Source: Candidatus Omnitrophota bacterium
GTDB lineage: Bacteria > Omnitrophota > Gorgyraeia > Gygaellales > Profunditerraquicolaceae
Assembly: GCA_026416665.1 (NCBI GenBank)
Contig: JAOAET010000051.1
Coordinates: forward strand, 139,800-203,799
Length of the DNA: 64,000 nt
Direction of reading: 5' to 3'
A program made the position numbers and the translations under genes. Of the stretch, positions 20,670-29,272 are shown piece after piece; position 1 is the first letter of the stretch, and each line of letters opens with the position of its first letter. The notes beneath the pieces were generated by a model. That model was not told the origin of the DNA. It searched no databases and was given only the letters and a program-made list of their open reading frames with translations.

Positions 20670-20996
20670 TTACACCTTCCCTAAAATCATAATAGCAATA
20701 ATTAAACCGTAAATAGCAATTCCTTCAGCTAATCCTACAAAAATAAGGGCACGCCCAGCAACTTCGGGCTTCTCACTCATTGCACCTACTGCCGCAGCAC
20801 CCACATAAGCTACAGCAATTCCACCTGCAAGTGCACTGAGACCCGTAGCAATAGCTGCTGCCAAAAGTGCAAACTTGACTATACCAGGATCAGTGATTTT
20901 CGCAGTCGACTCTTGAGCCAAGACAACCGTAGTTGCACATAGAGACAGAAGTAAAATCCCTAGAATTGTTACCCAACATCCTCTTTTTTTATACAT
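20670..20996 (-). CDS. atpK: V/A-type ATPase proteolipid subunit K/c
   Basis: Hydrophobic hairpin with EKPE loop and LAEGIAIYGL essential Glu. Confidence 0.9.
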   Translation of the reverse strand: MYKKRGCWVTILGILLLSLCATTVVLAQESTAKITDPGIVKFALLAAAIATGLSALAGGIAVAYVGAAAVGAMSEKPEVAGRALIFVGLAEGIAIYGLIIAIMILGKV

Positions 20997-21033
20997 CTTT
21001 CTCCTCCTATTTTAAATTGTTGTTTCTACTTCC

Positions 21034-22977
21034 CTATACTGAAAGTGGCTGATACAGACGTTTCCCACCAACAAAGAACTTGGATAAAAACTCATAGTAA
21101 TTAAGCCGAAGTGACTGAATAGTTACAATAAGTCCTTCCAATAACACTACTAAGATATTACCTATTATTATTACCAACCAAGAAATAAATATACCTGCTT
21201 TTGTGTTGGCATCCGTAAGTTGAGAGAGGGAAAAAATAGCCAAAAACAGTCCTGCATGAGCTAAAGCAAAAGCAGCCACACGAATAAAAGAGACAGTGTT
21301 GGATAAGTACCCAGTTAATATCTCCATAATTGTTACCATTCCTTCCATAAAGGATTCAAAAATTGCACTATGCCGTTTAATGAATAAACTTTCGAATATT
21401 GGATAAAGAAATAATAACAAAATACCCGTAAAGATAAAGTAATAATATATAAGTGGAATTTCAGTATTATGAAAAAATCTTTTGCTTATTAAACCAATAG
21501 CTAACCAATAAACCAAACCACCTATTAATCCTGCTTTATCAAACACAGCCTTTAGATAATTTTTGTCTCTTAAAGCATTTATAATATTAAGAATAATCCC
21601 CAGACTCACTAAAAAGATTCCCAAGAAAATCCCTGCTTTAAAAATTCCCATAATATCTTTCATAGGTTTTATCCATATAGAATCAAATTCAAAACCAAAG
21701 ACGCTGCCATAGAGAAAACCAAAGACCATTGCGCTTATCCCTGAGTATAACAATAATGTTCCTATCTGAGGATTAGGTTTACGTTTAAAATATTTCAGCC
21801 ACCAAGAATTCACTGGTTTTAGAAGTATAAGTAAACCAACCAAAGCTAAAACCAAACCATGCCCTATATCACCAAACATTGCTCCAAACATAATCAAAAA
21901 ACTAATGGCTACAAAAACCGTAGGGTCTATCGTCCCATAACGAGGGAGCCCGTATGATTCAAGAAGCAGCTCAAAAGGTTTTAAGAAACTATTGTGTTTA
22001 AGACATACAGGAATTTCTTCCTTTGGTATGGGCAAAGTATCTGCTTGGTGTGTCTCCAAATATACTACATCTGTAAGAGACTTAATCTTTCGGATTATCT
22101 CTTCTCTTTTATCGCGTGGCACCCAACCAGCGAATACTGCGCTGGTCTCAGTAGTAGAAGAAAAACGTTTTGCCTCTAACAAAGATTTTTTTAATTTAAG
22201 ATAAGAACTAAGCTGTCTTAACTGGTCACTATAGTGTTGGGCTAAATTATTAATTTTTCCTTCCGTTATACTAATATTTTTTCTGATTTGATTAATCTTC
22301 TCCTCGATTTGACTGCGTGATTCCTCAGAAAGCCTTTGTGAATCCTGTGGTAGCTCTACCTCTTGCCAAGCAACGTCACCGAGAACTTTTAATAATAAAT
22401 TTTTGTCTCTCCGTAATCCTATAAAAAGACAAGTAATTTTTGTTCCGTCTTTACGGAAAGGATAAACTACATGTGGCAGATCTATTAAGCTACGTTCAAG
22501 CATACCTAAGTTTCTTTCTTCTATCTGACCGCAAGAGACAAAGAGAAAGGAATAAGGACCACTTAAACTAAGTTTTTGAGGAAAATACTCCTTTATTTGA
22601 GACAGTATCGTCCGATTTGCGGATAGTTCTTCTTGGAGACGTTTTTTGTCTTCTAACAGAGGCTCTAATTCTTTGGATATAGCATCTAATTTTTGCTGGA
22701 TATCTGATAAAGATAACTGTTGCAGCTGTTGGCTTGACGTATAACCTGAAGTCAGATTTAACTTATGTGATATCTCACGGATTTTTGCTTCAAGATGTTC
22801 AATCTCGTGAGATTCTTTTTCTACCTGCGCTGGGGTAAGACCGCGAATCTTTTCTTCGATATTTACAATATCCACAGGATGGAAAAATCCAAGCTCAACT
22901 AGCTGTTGAGCAATTTGCTCTTGATGCTGGCGCAATACTACAAAACAAACTAAATCCATTGCTAAAGGTGTAATCAT
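21034..22977 (-). CDS. atpI: V/A-type ATPase subunit I (a)
   Basis: FGAMFGDIGHG, SNTVSFIRV (essential Arg), QSLRLNYYEF. Confidence 0.92.
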   Translation of the reverse strand: MITPLAMDLVCFVVLRQHQEQIAQQLVELGFFHPVDIVNIEEKIRGLTPAQVEKESHEIEHLEAKIREISHKLNLTSGYTSSQQLQQLSLSDIQQKLDAISKELEPLLEDKKRLQEELSANRTILSQIKEYFPQKLSLSGPYSFLFVSCGQIEERNLGMLERSLIDLPHVVYPFRKDGTKITCLFIGLRRDKNLLLKVLGDVAWQEVELPQDSQRLSEESRSQIEEKINQIRKNISITEGKINNLAQHYSDQLRQLSSYLKLKKSLLEAKRFSSTTETSAVFAGWVPRDKREEIIRKIKSLTDVVYLETHQADTLPIPKEEIPVCLKHNSFLKPFELLLESYGLPRYGTIDPTVFVAISFLIMFGAMFGDIGHGLVLALVGLLILLKPVNSWWLKYFKRKPNPQIGTLLLYSGISAMVFGFLYGSVFGFEFDSIWIKPMKDIMGIFKAGIFLGIFLVSLGIILNIINALRDKNYLKAVFDKAGLIGGLVYWLAIGLISKRFFHNTEIPLIYYYFIFTGILLLFLYPIFESLFIKRHSAIFESFMEGMVTIMEILTGYLSNTVSFIRVAAFALAHAGLFLAIFSLSQLTDANTKAGIFISWLVIIIGNILVVLLEGLIVTIQSLRLNYYEFLSKFFVGGKRLYQPLSV

Positions 22978-24014
22978 ATTCTCACAATATACTCAGTTTC
23001 TTCAGAAGCAAGACCCAAAACTTTGGCATTTAAAAGAGAAATTACTGCCTGGGTTTCTTTTTGCATTAATAATAGGTATCCTAGCACAGTTCCGATGGTA
23101 AAAGGAAATCCTGACATTGCCTGCCTTATCTTCTGTTGTAAGAAATCAAAGAGAAATCCTTCAAGAAAAGTAATATTTTCTTCCACTAAGGATTTTAACT
23201 GTGCATAAGGACCCAAAGAAATACTTTCAATAACTTTACCTAATCCATCAGAGGCATAAACTTGACTTAATCTCTCTTTAGTAATCCAAGCTCCTCCTGG
23301 TAAAATGCCTTCTAACATCTCCCCAATTCCCATAGAATAATACTTACGCATTCGTATTAACCAATGAATATTCTCTATATCTACTACCACTGCCAAGATA
23401 TTGCGTGCAATAATTTTATCGTTGTTTGATAATTTATCAACGCACTGCCAGAGACGTCGGTAATAATCTACATCCAAAGCAGCTTCTATATAGAAGATTG
23501 AATTATGGACTTTATAGTTATTTCGTGCATTAATTAGTGGCTTCTTATAAGGTGTCTCATCTAAAAGTACAATTATCTCCTCTAAAGAGGCGCATGCAAG
23601 CAATTTATGGGGCTGTAGATGAGCACCTAAATCTTCGCCGATAAGATAATCTTCTATATTAACAGACAATTTCTTGTGCCAAATACGTAATATAACTTTT
23701 AACTCTTCTAATTCATAACGTTGTAACAATAAGTTAACCAAAACTTTTTCAACAGACCCGTTAATTGCAGTGTATACTCTTCGGAAACGCGCAATAGCAT
23801 ACCGTATAAGCCGGCGCTCTAAATCGGTAATATCAAAATTGCCCCAGTCTATGCTCCTTAGGACTTCTTGGTAATGCGTCTGTGTCAAACTATCAACTAA
23901 TTCATAAATATCCTTTACTCGTCTTAACTGCTGCAAAGTAGTGGAGTCTAAAATTCTTGAGAGCATAGCCCGGATTTTGGCATTAGCAAACGAATACTTG
24001 GCAAGTTCACGCAT
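22974..24014 (-). CDS. atpC: V/A-type ATPase subunit C (d)
   Basis: YSFANAKIRAM..., E.ALD..YY, DIENI.W.IR. Confidence 0.85.
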   Translation of the reverse strand: MRELAKYSFANAKIRAMLSRILDSTTLQQLRRVKDIYELVDSLTQTHYQEVLRSIDWGNFDITDLERRLIRYAIARFRRVYTAINGSVEKVLVNLLLQRYELEELKVILRIWHKKLSVNIEDYLIGEDLGAHLQPHKLLACASLEEIIVLLDETPYKKPLINARNNYKVHNSIFYIEAALDVDYYRRLWQCVDKLSNNDKIIARNILAVVVDIENIHWLIRMRKYYSMGIGEMLEGILPGGAWITKERLSQVYASDGLGKVIESISLGPYAQLKSLVEENITFLEGFLFDFLQQKIRQAMSGFPFTIGTVLGYLLLMQKETQAVISLLNAKVLGLASEETEYIVRI

Positions 24015-24336
24015 TGTATTCAGGAATGTTTATGACTGATAAAAAATACTTATGGGCAAGCGCAGGGATATCCTGCGACCAGTTTGCATAACACTTTGTC
24101 ATTTCTTCAATAGTCCCCTGCAATTCTTTCTCTTTAAGCTCTTGATACTTTTTAACTATTTGTTCCTCTGTCGTGCGTATCTGTTGCTGGGTTTCTCTTA
24201 AGGTTTCTTCTAATAACAACCTGGCCTGTTCCTCTGCCTGTTTTATTATTGTTTGCGACTCAAACCGTGCTGTCTCAAGTAACTTACGTGCTTCATCTTC
24301 CTTCCGCAATATATTATCAATTATCTCTTTCATCAT
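24007..24336 (-). CDS. V/A-type ATPase subunit G/H (stator)
   Basis: Short coiled-coil protein, first gene of the operon. Confidence 0.7.
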   Translation of the reverse strand: MMKEIIDNILRKEDEARKLLETARFESQTIIKQAEEQARLLLEETLRETQQQIRTTEEQIVKKYQELKEKELQGTIEEMTKCYANWSQDIPALAHKYFLSVINIPEYNA

Positions 24337-24405
24337 TTATTATGTAGTTTTAGCAGAAAAGAAATCTCCCCTAACCTGATATTAGAAAATTTTATAAACA
24401 AATGT

Positions 24406-24434
24406 ATTATATCGCGGGCGTAGGAAGGTGTCTA
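24406..24434 (-). promoter_or_regulatory. Putative sigma70 promoter of the V/A-ATPase operon
   Basis: Minus strand TAGACA-N17-TATAAT. Confidence 0.6.
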
Positions 24435-24467
24435 TTATTTTTTATTAGAGAATTTTATTATGGGAAT

Positions 24468-24809
24468 TTAACCAATTGCAGTCGGACCTCGTTCTTCTGT
24501 TCTTATGCGTATACATTCTTTTAAGTCTAAGACAAAAATCTTACCATCACCTATCTCGCCGGTTTTCGCTCCACGAATAATTGCTTTAATCGTTGGTTCC
24601 ACGAAGTTTTCATTAACAGCTATCTCAAGCCGAATTTTTCTTAAGAGATTGCCTGTTTCTTTTACTCCACGATATATTTCAGTATAACCCTTCTGGCGAC
24701 CGTGCCCCATTACTTCACTAACAGTCAGCAGATTAACTTCTGCACGATACAATTCTTCTTTTACGTCATCAAGCTTATCCGGCTGAATAATAGCAATAAT
24801 AAGCTTCAT
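24468..24809 (-). CDS. glnK: P-II nitrogen regulatory protein (T-loop lacks Tyr51)
   Basis: [31 protein letters not shown]; downstream of amtB. Confidence 0.9.
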   Translation of the reverse strand: MKLIIAIIQPDKLDDVKEELYRAEVNLLTVSEVMGHGRQKGYTEIYRGVKETGNLLRKIRLEIAVNENFVEPTIKAIIRGAKTGEIGDGKIFVLDLKECIRIRTEERGPTAIG

Positions 24810-24818
24810 AATTCCTCC

Positions 24819-26039
24819 TTATTCTAGCACGCTGTAAGCGCGCTCATGATGTTGTGTAAGGTCAAGACCCATAATCTCATCTCTTAAGGTAACCCGCATA
24901 CCCATAACTAAATCCACCGCTTTGTATATTACAAAAGTAATTATCCCAGAGTAAAGCAGTGTTACTACTACTGCCTTTGCCTGAATAATAAGCTGTTGAG
25001 GATTTCCAAAGAATAAACCATCCGCTCCCGCAGGATTTACTGCCTTAGAACAAAATAAACCTGTAGCTAAAGCTCCCCAAATCCCACCTATACAGTGAAC
25101 ACCAAAGGCATCTAGACTATCATCATAACCTAAAGCTGGCTTTAAGACTGTCACCGCAAAGAAACAGAAAACACTTACTAAACCACCGATAATAATGGCA
25201 GGAACAACACTTACATATCCTGCGGCAGGGGTAATTGCAACCAATCCTGCTACTATTCCAGAGCATACGCCAAACACCGTAGGTTTACCATGTTTTAACC
25301 ATTCAATGACTGCCCAACTTAATCCTGCGGCTGCTGCTGCGGTATTGGTTACCACAAAAGCATTTGCTGCTAAACCATTTGCTGCTAGTGCACTTGCTGA
25401 ATTAAACCCAAACCATCCAAACCATAATAACCCTGTTCCAAGAACTACAAAGGGAACGTTATGTGGTGCTGCTGCTAAGGGTGGTTTTCTTTTTCCTAAA
25501 AGAATAGCGCAAATTAAAGCAGCAATACCTGCATTAATATGGACAACTGTGCCACCAGCAAAATCTAAAGCCCCCATCTTACGTAATATCCCACCTAATC
25601 CCCAAACCCAGTGGCAGATAGGACAATAAACAAAAGTAAACCAGAGAATCATAAAGGCCATAAAACTAGAAAATTTCATACGTTCAGCAAAAGCCCCAAT
25701 AATAAGTGCAGGAGTAATTATTGCAAACATTGCTTGAAATATCATAAATGCTTGATGTGGGATTGTCTCTGAATAACCACTAAATGGTTCTAATCCTACT
25801 GATTTGAGATTTAACCAAGCAAATCCACCCCAGAATCCTTCTGAAGGTGCAAAAGAAAGACTATAACCATAAACAACCCACAATACACTTACTACACACA
25901 TGAGCATAAAACATTGCATAAGAATACTAACTATATTTTTCCTGCGTACCATTCCTCCATAGAAAAAAGCTAGAGCCGGAGTCATCACAAAAACTAATGC
26001 TGCTCCCATTAACACAAATGCTGTATCAGCTGCGTTCAT
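24819..26039 (-). CDS. amtB: Ammonium transporter
   Basis: DFAGGTVVHINAG, WFGWFGFN, DDSLDAFGVH (twin His). Confidence 0.95.
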   Translation of the reverse strand: MNAADTAFVLMGAALVFVMTPALAFFYGGMVRRKNIVSILMQCFMLMCVVSVLWVVYGYSLSFAPSEGFWGGFAWLNLKSVGLEPFSGYSETIPHQAFMIFQAMFAIITPALIIGAFAERMKFSSFMAFMILWFTFVYCPICHWVWGLGGILRKMGALDFAGGTVVHINAGIAALICAILLGKRKPPLAAAPHNVPFVVLGTGLLWFGWFGFNSASALAANGLAANAFVVTNTAAAAAGLSWAVIEWLKHGKPTVFGVCSGIVAGLVAITPAAGYVSVVPAIIIGGLVSVFCFFAVTVLKPALGYDDSLDAFGVHCIGGIWGALATGLFCSKAVNPAGADGLFFGNPQQLIIQAKAVVVTLLYSGIITFVIYKAVDLVMGMRVTLRDEIMGLDLTQHHERAYSVLE

Positions 26040-26064
26040 CTTATCCTCCTTTTTTCTTTATATT

Positions 26065-26403
26065 TCATAACGCACTTTCCCCTCGTTCACCTGTTCTGAT
26101 CCTAATTGCCTCTTCTACTGGTGAGATAAATATCTTGCCGTCGCCAAATTCTCCTGTTCGCGCTGAAGTAATTATGGTATCGACTATTCTGTCAACCATA
26201 TCGTCCTTAACCACAATTTCTATTTTTGTCTTTGGCAATACTCCTACTTTGTATTCCCTGCCTTGGAATTTTTGCACAACACCACCTTGATTTCCTCGGC
26301 CATCCACTTGTGTGATGTTAAAACCAGAAACCCCTAAGTTCTCTAATGCTTGTCTTACTTCTTTAATCTTCTCAGGGCGAACAAATGCCTCTATTTTTTT
26401 CAT
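26065..26403 (-). CDS. glnB: P-II nitrogen regulatory protein (retains Tyr51)
   Basis: MKKIEA..RP, GREY, ARTGEFGDGKIF, IRIRTGERG; AGGAGG RBS favours ATG 26403 over GTG 26409. Confidence 0.88.
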   Translation of the reverse strand: MKKIEAFVRPEKIKEVRQALENLGVSGFNITQVDGRGNQGGVVQKFQGREYKVGVLPKTKIEIVVKDDMVDRIVDTIITSARTGEFGDGKIFISPVEEAIRIRTGERGESAL

Positions 26404-26421
26404 CGCCACCTCCTTTTAAAG

Positions 26422-26470
26422 AAAAAAGACGTTTTGCTCTCGTTTTAAGAATCGCAAAACGTCTTTGTTT
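26422..26470 (-). terminator. Leader terminator with overlapping ANTAR-like hairpin (PII-amtB leader)
   Basis: Minus strand: AAAC-AAAGAC-GTTT hairpin overlaps the 5' arm of AAAGACGTTTTGC...GCAAAACGTCTTT followed by T-run. Confidence 0.75.
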
Positions 26471-26476
26471 CTCTGT

Positions 26477-26503
26477 AAAAAAATATGCCCTTATACAGGG
26501 CAT
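26477..26503 (-). terminator. Second leader hairpin/terminator, also a TGC-N11-GCA palindrome
   Basis: Minus strand ATGCCCT-GTATA-AGGGCAT-ATTTTTTT. Confidence 0.55.
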
Positions 26504-26546
26504 TCTGTCTTACACTACATCGTGTTTATCTTTGTTACTTCACTTA

Positions 26547-26576
26547 TACAAGTAAAAAATATTCATCTTTGGTAAC
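26547..26576 (-). promoter_or_regulatory. Putative alternative-sigma promoter, copy 1
   Basis: GTTACCAAAGATGAATATTTTTTACTTGTA; same ends and spacing as 42632-42661. Confidence 0.6.
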
Positions 26577-26592
26577 AAAATTTTTAAGATAT

Positions 26593-27114
26593 CTACTCAA
26601 GGTGCTTCTTGCATTTTTTTAGAATAATCCTACGGTATTTAATTACAGAGACATGTGAAATAGACAATTTTCTTCCAATTTGGCGTGTGCTTAGCCCTTC
26701 AGCTAAAAGTAAAAGAATCTCTTTTTCTCGTTGGGTTAAACCATTATTATAAATTGCCTCACTAATAAGCTGGGTATTTAGCCTTTCAAAATAATCTTCT
26801 TGTCGGTTATCGCTTATTTCCCATAAATAATCGCTGGTTAAATCTGCACTTGAATTCACAGGTGCATCTAAACTTACTTCGTCTTTTCTCTTCTGGGCCG
26901 TGCGTAAGTAATTACGGATATGGTAGTAACATCCCTGTAGGATATAACTGTCGGTTTTGTCCTCTAATGCCTTATCAAGATATCTTTTCCAAAGGTACAC
27001 CAAGGCCTCTTGATAAAGGTCGTCTGCAGATAAAGACGCATCCTTTCTGTAGACGCGATTGCAAATAGCCTTAAGTCGACCAGAAAATTTTTCTACCAAC
27101 TCTTCGTAACTCAT
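26593..27114 (-). CDS. Alternative (ECF/SigH-like) sigma-70 family factor
   Basis: Region 2 (ADDLYQEALVYLW) plus region-4 HTH (LTQREKEIL...GLSTRQIG..LSISHVSV); 173 aa; start overlaps the nadE stop. Confidence 0.85.
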   Translation of the reverse strand: MSYEELVEKFSGRLKAICNRVYRKDASLSADDLYQEALVYLWKRYLDKALEDKTDSYILQGCYYHIRNYLRTAQKRKDEVSLDAPVNSSADLTSDYLWEISDNRQEDYFERLNTQLISEAIYNNGLTQREKEILLLLAEGLSTRQIGRKLSISHVSVIKYRRIILKKCKKHLE

Positions 27115-28811
27115 TATTTACCTCTGTATTTATTGGTAATAGGCATACGCCTGTCTCTACCAAATGCCCGTGGAGTAATCTTTACGCCGGGGGGAGATTG
27201 CCTGCGTTTATATTCACTTTTGTCCACCATTTGAATAACCCGCTCTACTATGCCAGAGGGATATCCTTTTTTTATAATTTCCTCGTAGGACATGTCATAC
27301 TCTATATAGAACTTAAGAATTCCATCTAATATCTTATACTCTGGTAGTGTATCGCTATCTTTCTGATTATAGCGTAATTCTGCTGTTGGCTCCTTTTTAA
27401 AAACGGTAGCTGGTATTATTTCTTTATTACTGTTACAATAACTTGCTAATTCATAAACAACCGTTTTGGGAACATCTTTTAAAACAGCAAACCCACCAAT
27501 TAGGTCGCCATAAAGAGTAGTATAACCACAACTGATTTCAGACTTATTTGCCGTATTAAGAACTAACCAACCAAATTTATTAGATAAAGCCATTAGGATA
27601 TTACCTCTGATTCTGGCTTGGATATTCTCTTCAGTAACATCCCGCTGTGTCCCAAGAAATTCCTTCTCCAAAATAAGAAGATACATTTGATAAATCTGTT
27701 CAATAGAAATATTCTTAAAGGTTATGCCTAGATTTTCCGCAACCTTTTGTGCATCAGCTTGCGACTGTGGTGAGGAATATCGTGAAGGCATAAATACCCC
27801 GATAACATTTTCTTTTCCTAGAGCATCAGCGGCAATAGTAGCTACTAAACTTGAATCAATACCTCCGCTTAAACCGACAATTACTTTCGTAAAACCATTT
27901 TTATGCACATAATCGCGTAAACCCAAAACAAGGGCTTGATAAATCTCTTGAATGGGGGACAAAACCATTATCTTTTGCTTTGGTAGATTAATCTTATTTT
28001 GATTACCTGTGCCTACTGGTATCTTTTTTATATTCTTCGGTGTTCTCCTACTATCTTGCGCAACTAATAAATCTTCCAATAATAAATCCTCAGCAAAGGC
28101 CTTTGCTTGGCTGATCATTTTGCCATGGCTATCAACAATAAAACTTCTTCCGTCAAAGACTAATTCATCCTGTCCCCCCACCATATTGACATAGACAATA
28201 AAAACTTTATTTTCTTTAGCTTGTTGACGGATAATCTCTTGCCTCTCTTTAAATTTCTGTAGATGAAAAGGAGAGGCATTGCTTACCAAAATAATCTTTG
28301 CTCCTTTTTGGGCCTCTTCTTTTAAAGGACCAGTCTTGTGCCATACATCTTCACATATTGCCACACCTATTTTGATATAACTTTTGTTTTTTACCATACA
28401 AAAAACTAATGGCTTATTACCTGCCACAAAATATCTTTTTTCATCAAAAACTCCGCTATTTGGTAAAAGTGTTTTGTGATATGCTGTTTGAATGCGTCTG
28501 TTAGCAATAATTGCCGAGGCATTAAAGATACCTAATTCTGTTTTATCTACAAATCCAACCACCGCAATAATCCCCTCTACCTTTACAGCAATTTCTTTTA
28601 GAATAGCAATATTCTGCCTTACAAAGTGCTCCTTAAAAAGAAGGTCCTCAGGTGGATAACCTGTTAAGCATAACTCAGGAAACACTACTATATCTGCTCC
28701 CAAGTTTTTTGCTTTTTCAATATTTGAGATAATAAGTTGGTAATTCTCAAATAATGCTCCTACTGTGGGATTAACTTGTGCACAAGCTATGCGAATTCTA
28801 GTTCTTACCAT
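27114..28811 (-). CDS. nadE: Glutamine-dependent NAD+ synthetase
   Basis: Nitrilase domain (FPEL, FDEKRYF, ICED.W) plus GLSGGIDS, ENIQARIRG, YTTLYGD, SEYKRRQ. Confidence 0.95.
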   Translation of the reverse strand: MVRTRIRIACAQVNPTVGALFENYQLIISNIEKAKNLGADIVVFPELCLTGYPPEDLLFKEHFVRQNIAILKEIAVKVEGIIAVVGFVDKTELGIFNASAIIANRRIQTAYHKTLLPNSGVFDEKRYFVAGNKPLVFCMVKNKSYIKIGVAICEDVWHKTGPLKEEAQKGAKIILVSNASPFHLQKFKERQEIIRQQAKENKVFIVYVNMVGGQDELVFDGRSFIVDSHGKMISQAKAFAEDLLLEDLLVAQDSRRTPKNIKKIPVGTGNQNKINLPKQKIMVLSPIQEIYQALVLGLRDYVHKNGFTKVIVGLSGGIDSSLVATIAADALGKENVIGVFMPSRYSSPQSQADAQKVAENLGITFKNISIEQIYQMYLLILEKEFLGTQRDVTEENIQARIRGNILMALSNKFGWLVLNTANKSEISCGYTTLYGDLIGGFAVLKDVPKTVVYELASYCNSNKEIIPATVFKKEPTAELRYNQKDSDTLPEYKILDGILKFYIEYDMSYEEIIKKGYPSGIVERVIQMVDKSEYKRRQSPPGVKITPRAFGRDRRMPITNKYRGK

Positions 28812-28870
28812 ATGTCTTACCTTCTCTTTGAACTTCCTTTTTTAAAATACCAAAAACTTGCAGGTATCAT

Positions 28871-28932
28871 AAAAATAAAAAAGGCGTCCATTCTTACATC
28901 AAAAATTGATGTTCTTTAGGACGCCTTTATCC
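28871..28932 (-). terminator. nadE leader terminator 2 with overlapping ANTAR-like hairpin
   Basis: GGAT-AAAGGC-GTCC overlaps AAAGGCGTCC...GGACGCCTTT plus T-run; inner ACATCAA/TTGATGT stem. Confidence 0.72.
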
Positions 28933-28933
28933 T

Positions 28934-28972
28934 AAAAATAAAAACGTTCGCTTTTTTGCGAACGCCTTTGTC
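28934..28972 (-). terminator. nadE leader terminator 1 with overlapping ANTAR-like hairpin
   Basis: GAC-AAAGGC-GTT overlaps CGTTCGC-AAAAAA-GCGAACG-TTTTTATTTTT. Confidence 0.7.
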
Positions 28973-28996
28973 AGCTTACTTCTTTGTTCTATTTAA

Positions 28997-29024
28997 AATA
29001 TACCACAATTTCAGTTTTTGTCAA
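28997..29024 (-). promoter_or_regulatory. Putative sigma70 promoter of nadE-sigma
   Basis: TTGACA-N16-TATATT with TG extended -10. Confidence 0.6.
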
Positions 29025-29040
29025 GGATTTTGTCACAGTA

Positions 29041-29254
29041 GGTAGTATCCTAAATCTTGTGTAAATCTTAATTGAAAAGCAACTTAAAAGGTGTATCTCT
29101 CTTGCAATATTTTATTAACCCGAAGTTTAAACTTTAGCCTTCTAAGAGAAAGAAGTATGTCTATCCAATACTTGGTTTCTAATTTTAATTTAACACAGAG
29201 AGATAAAGAAGGATAAACCTTTAAAGGAATTTACACAATTTATTTGACATCACC
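29041..29254. mobile_element. Probable IS256-like remnant/MITE (214 bp)
   Basis: Imperfect 26-bp terminal inverted repeats (18/26; GGT...TTGTGTAAAT / ATTTACACAA...ACC); no transposase and no target duplication seen. Confidence 0.45.
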
Positions 29255-29272
29255 GTTAGCGCTGATGAAATA

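Noticed and set aside
28940-28995. GAAGTAAG and CGTTC segments faintly recalling the glnA (glutamine) riboswitch
   Set aside because: Element order and pairing do not fit the aptamer; the hexaloop/terminator model explains the sequence better
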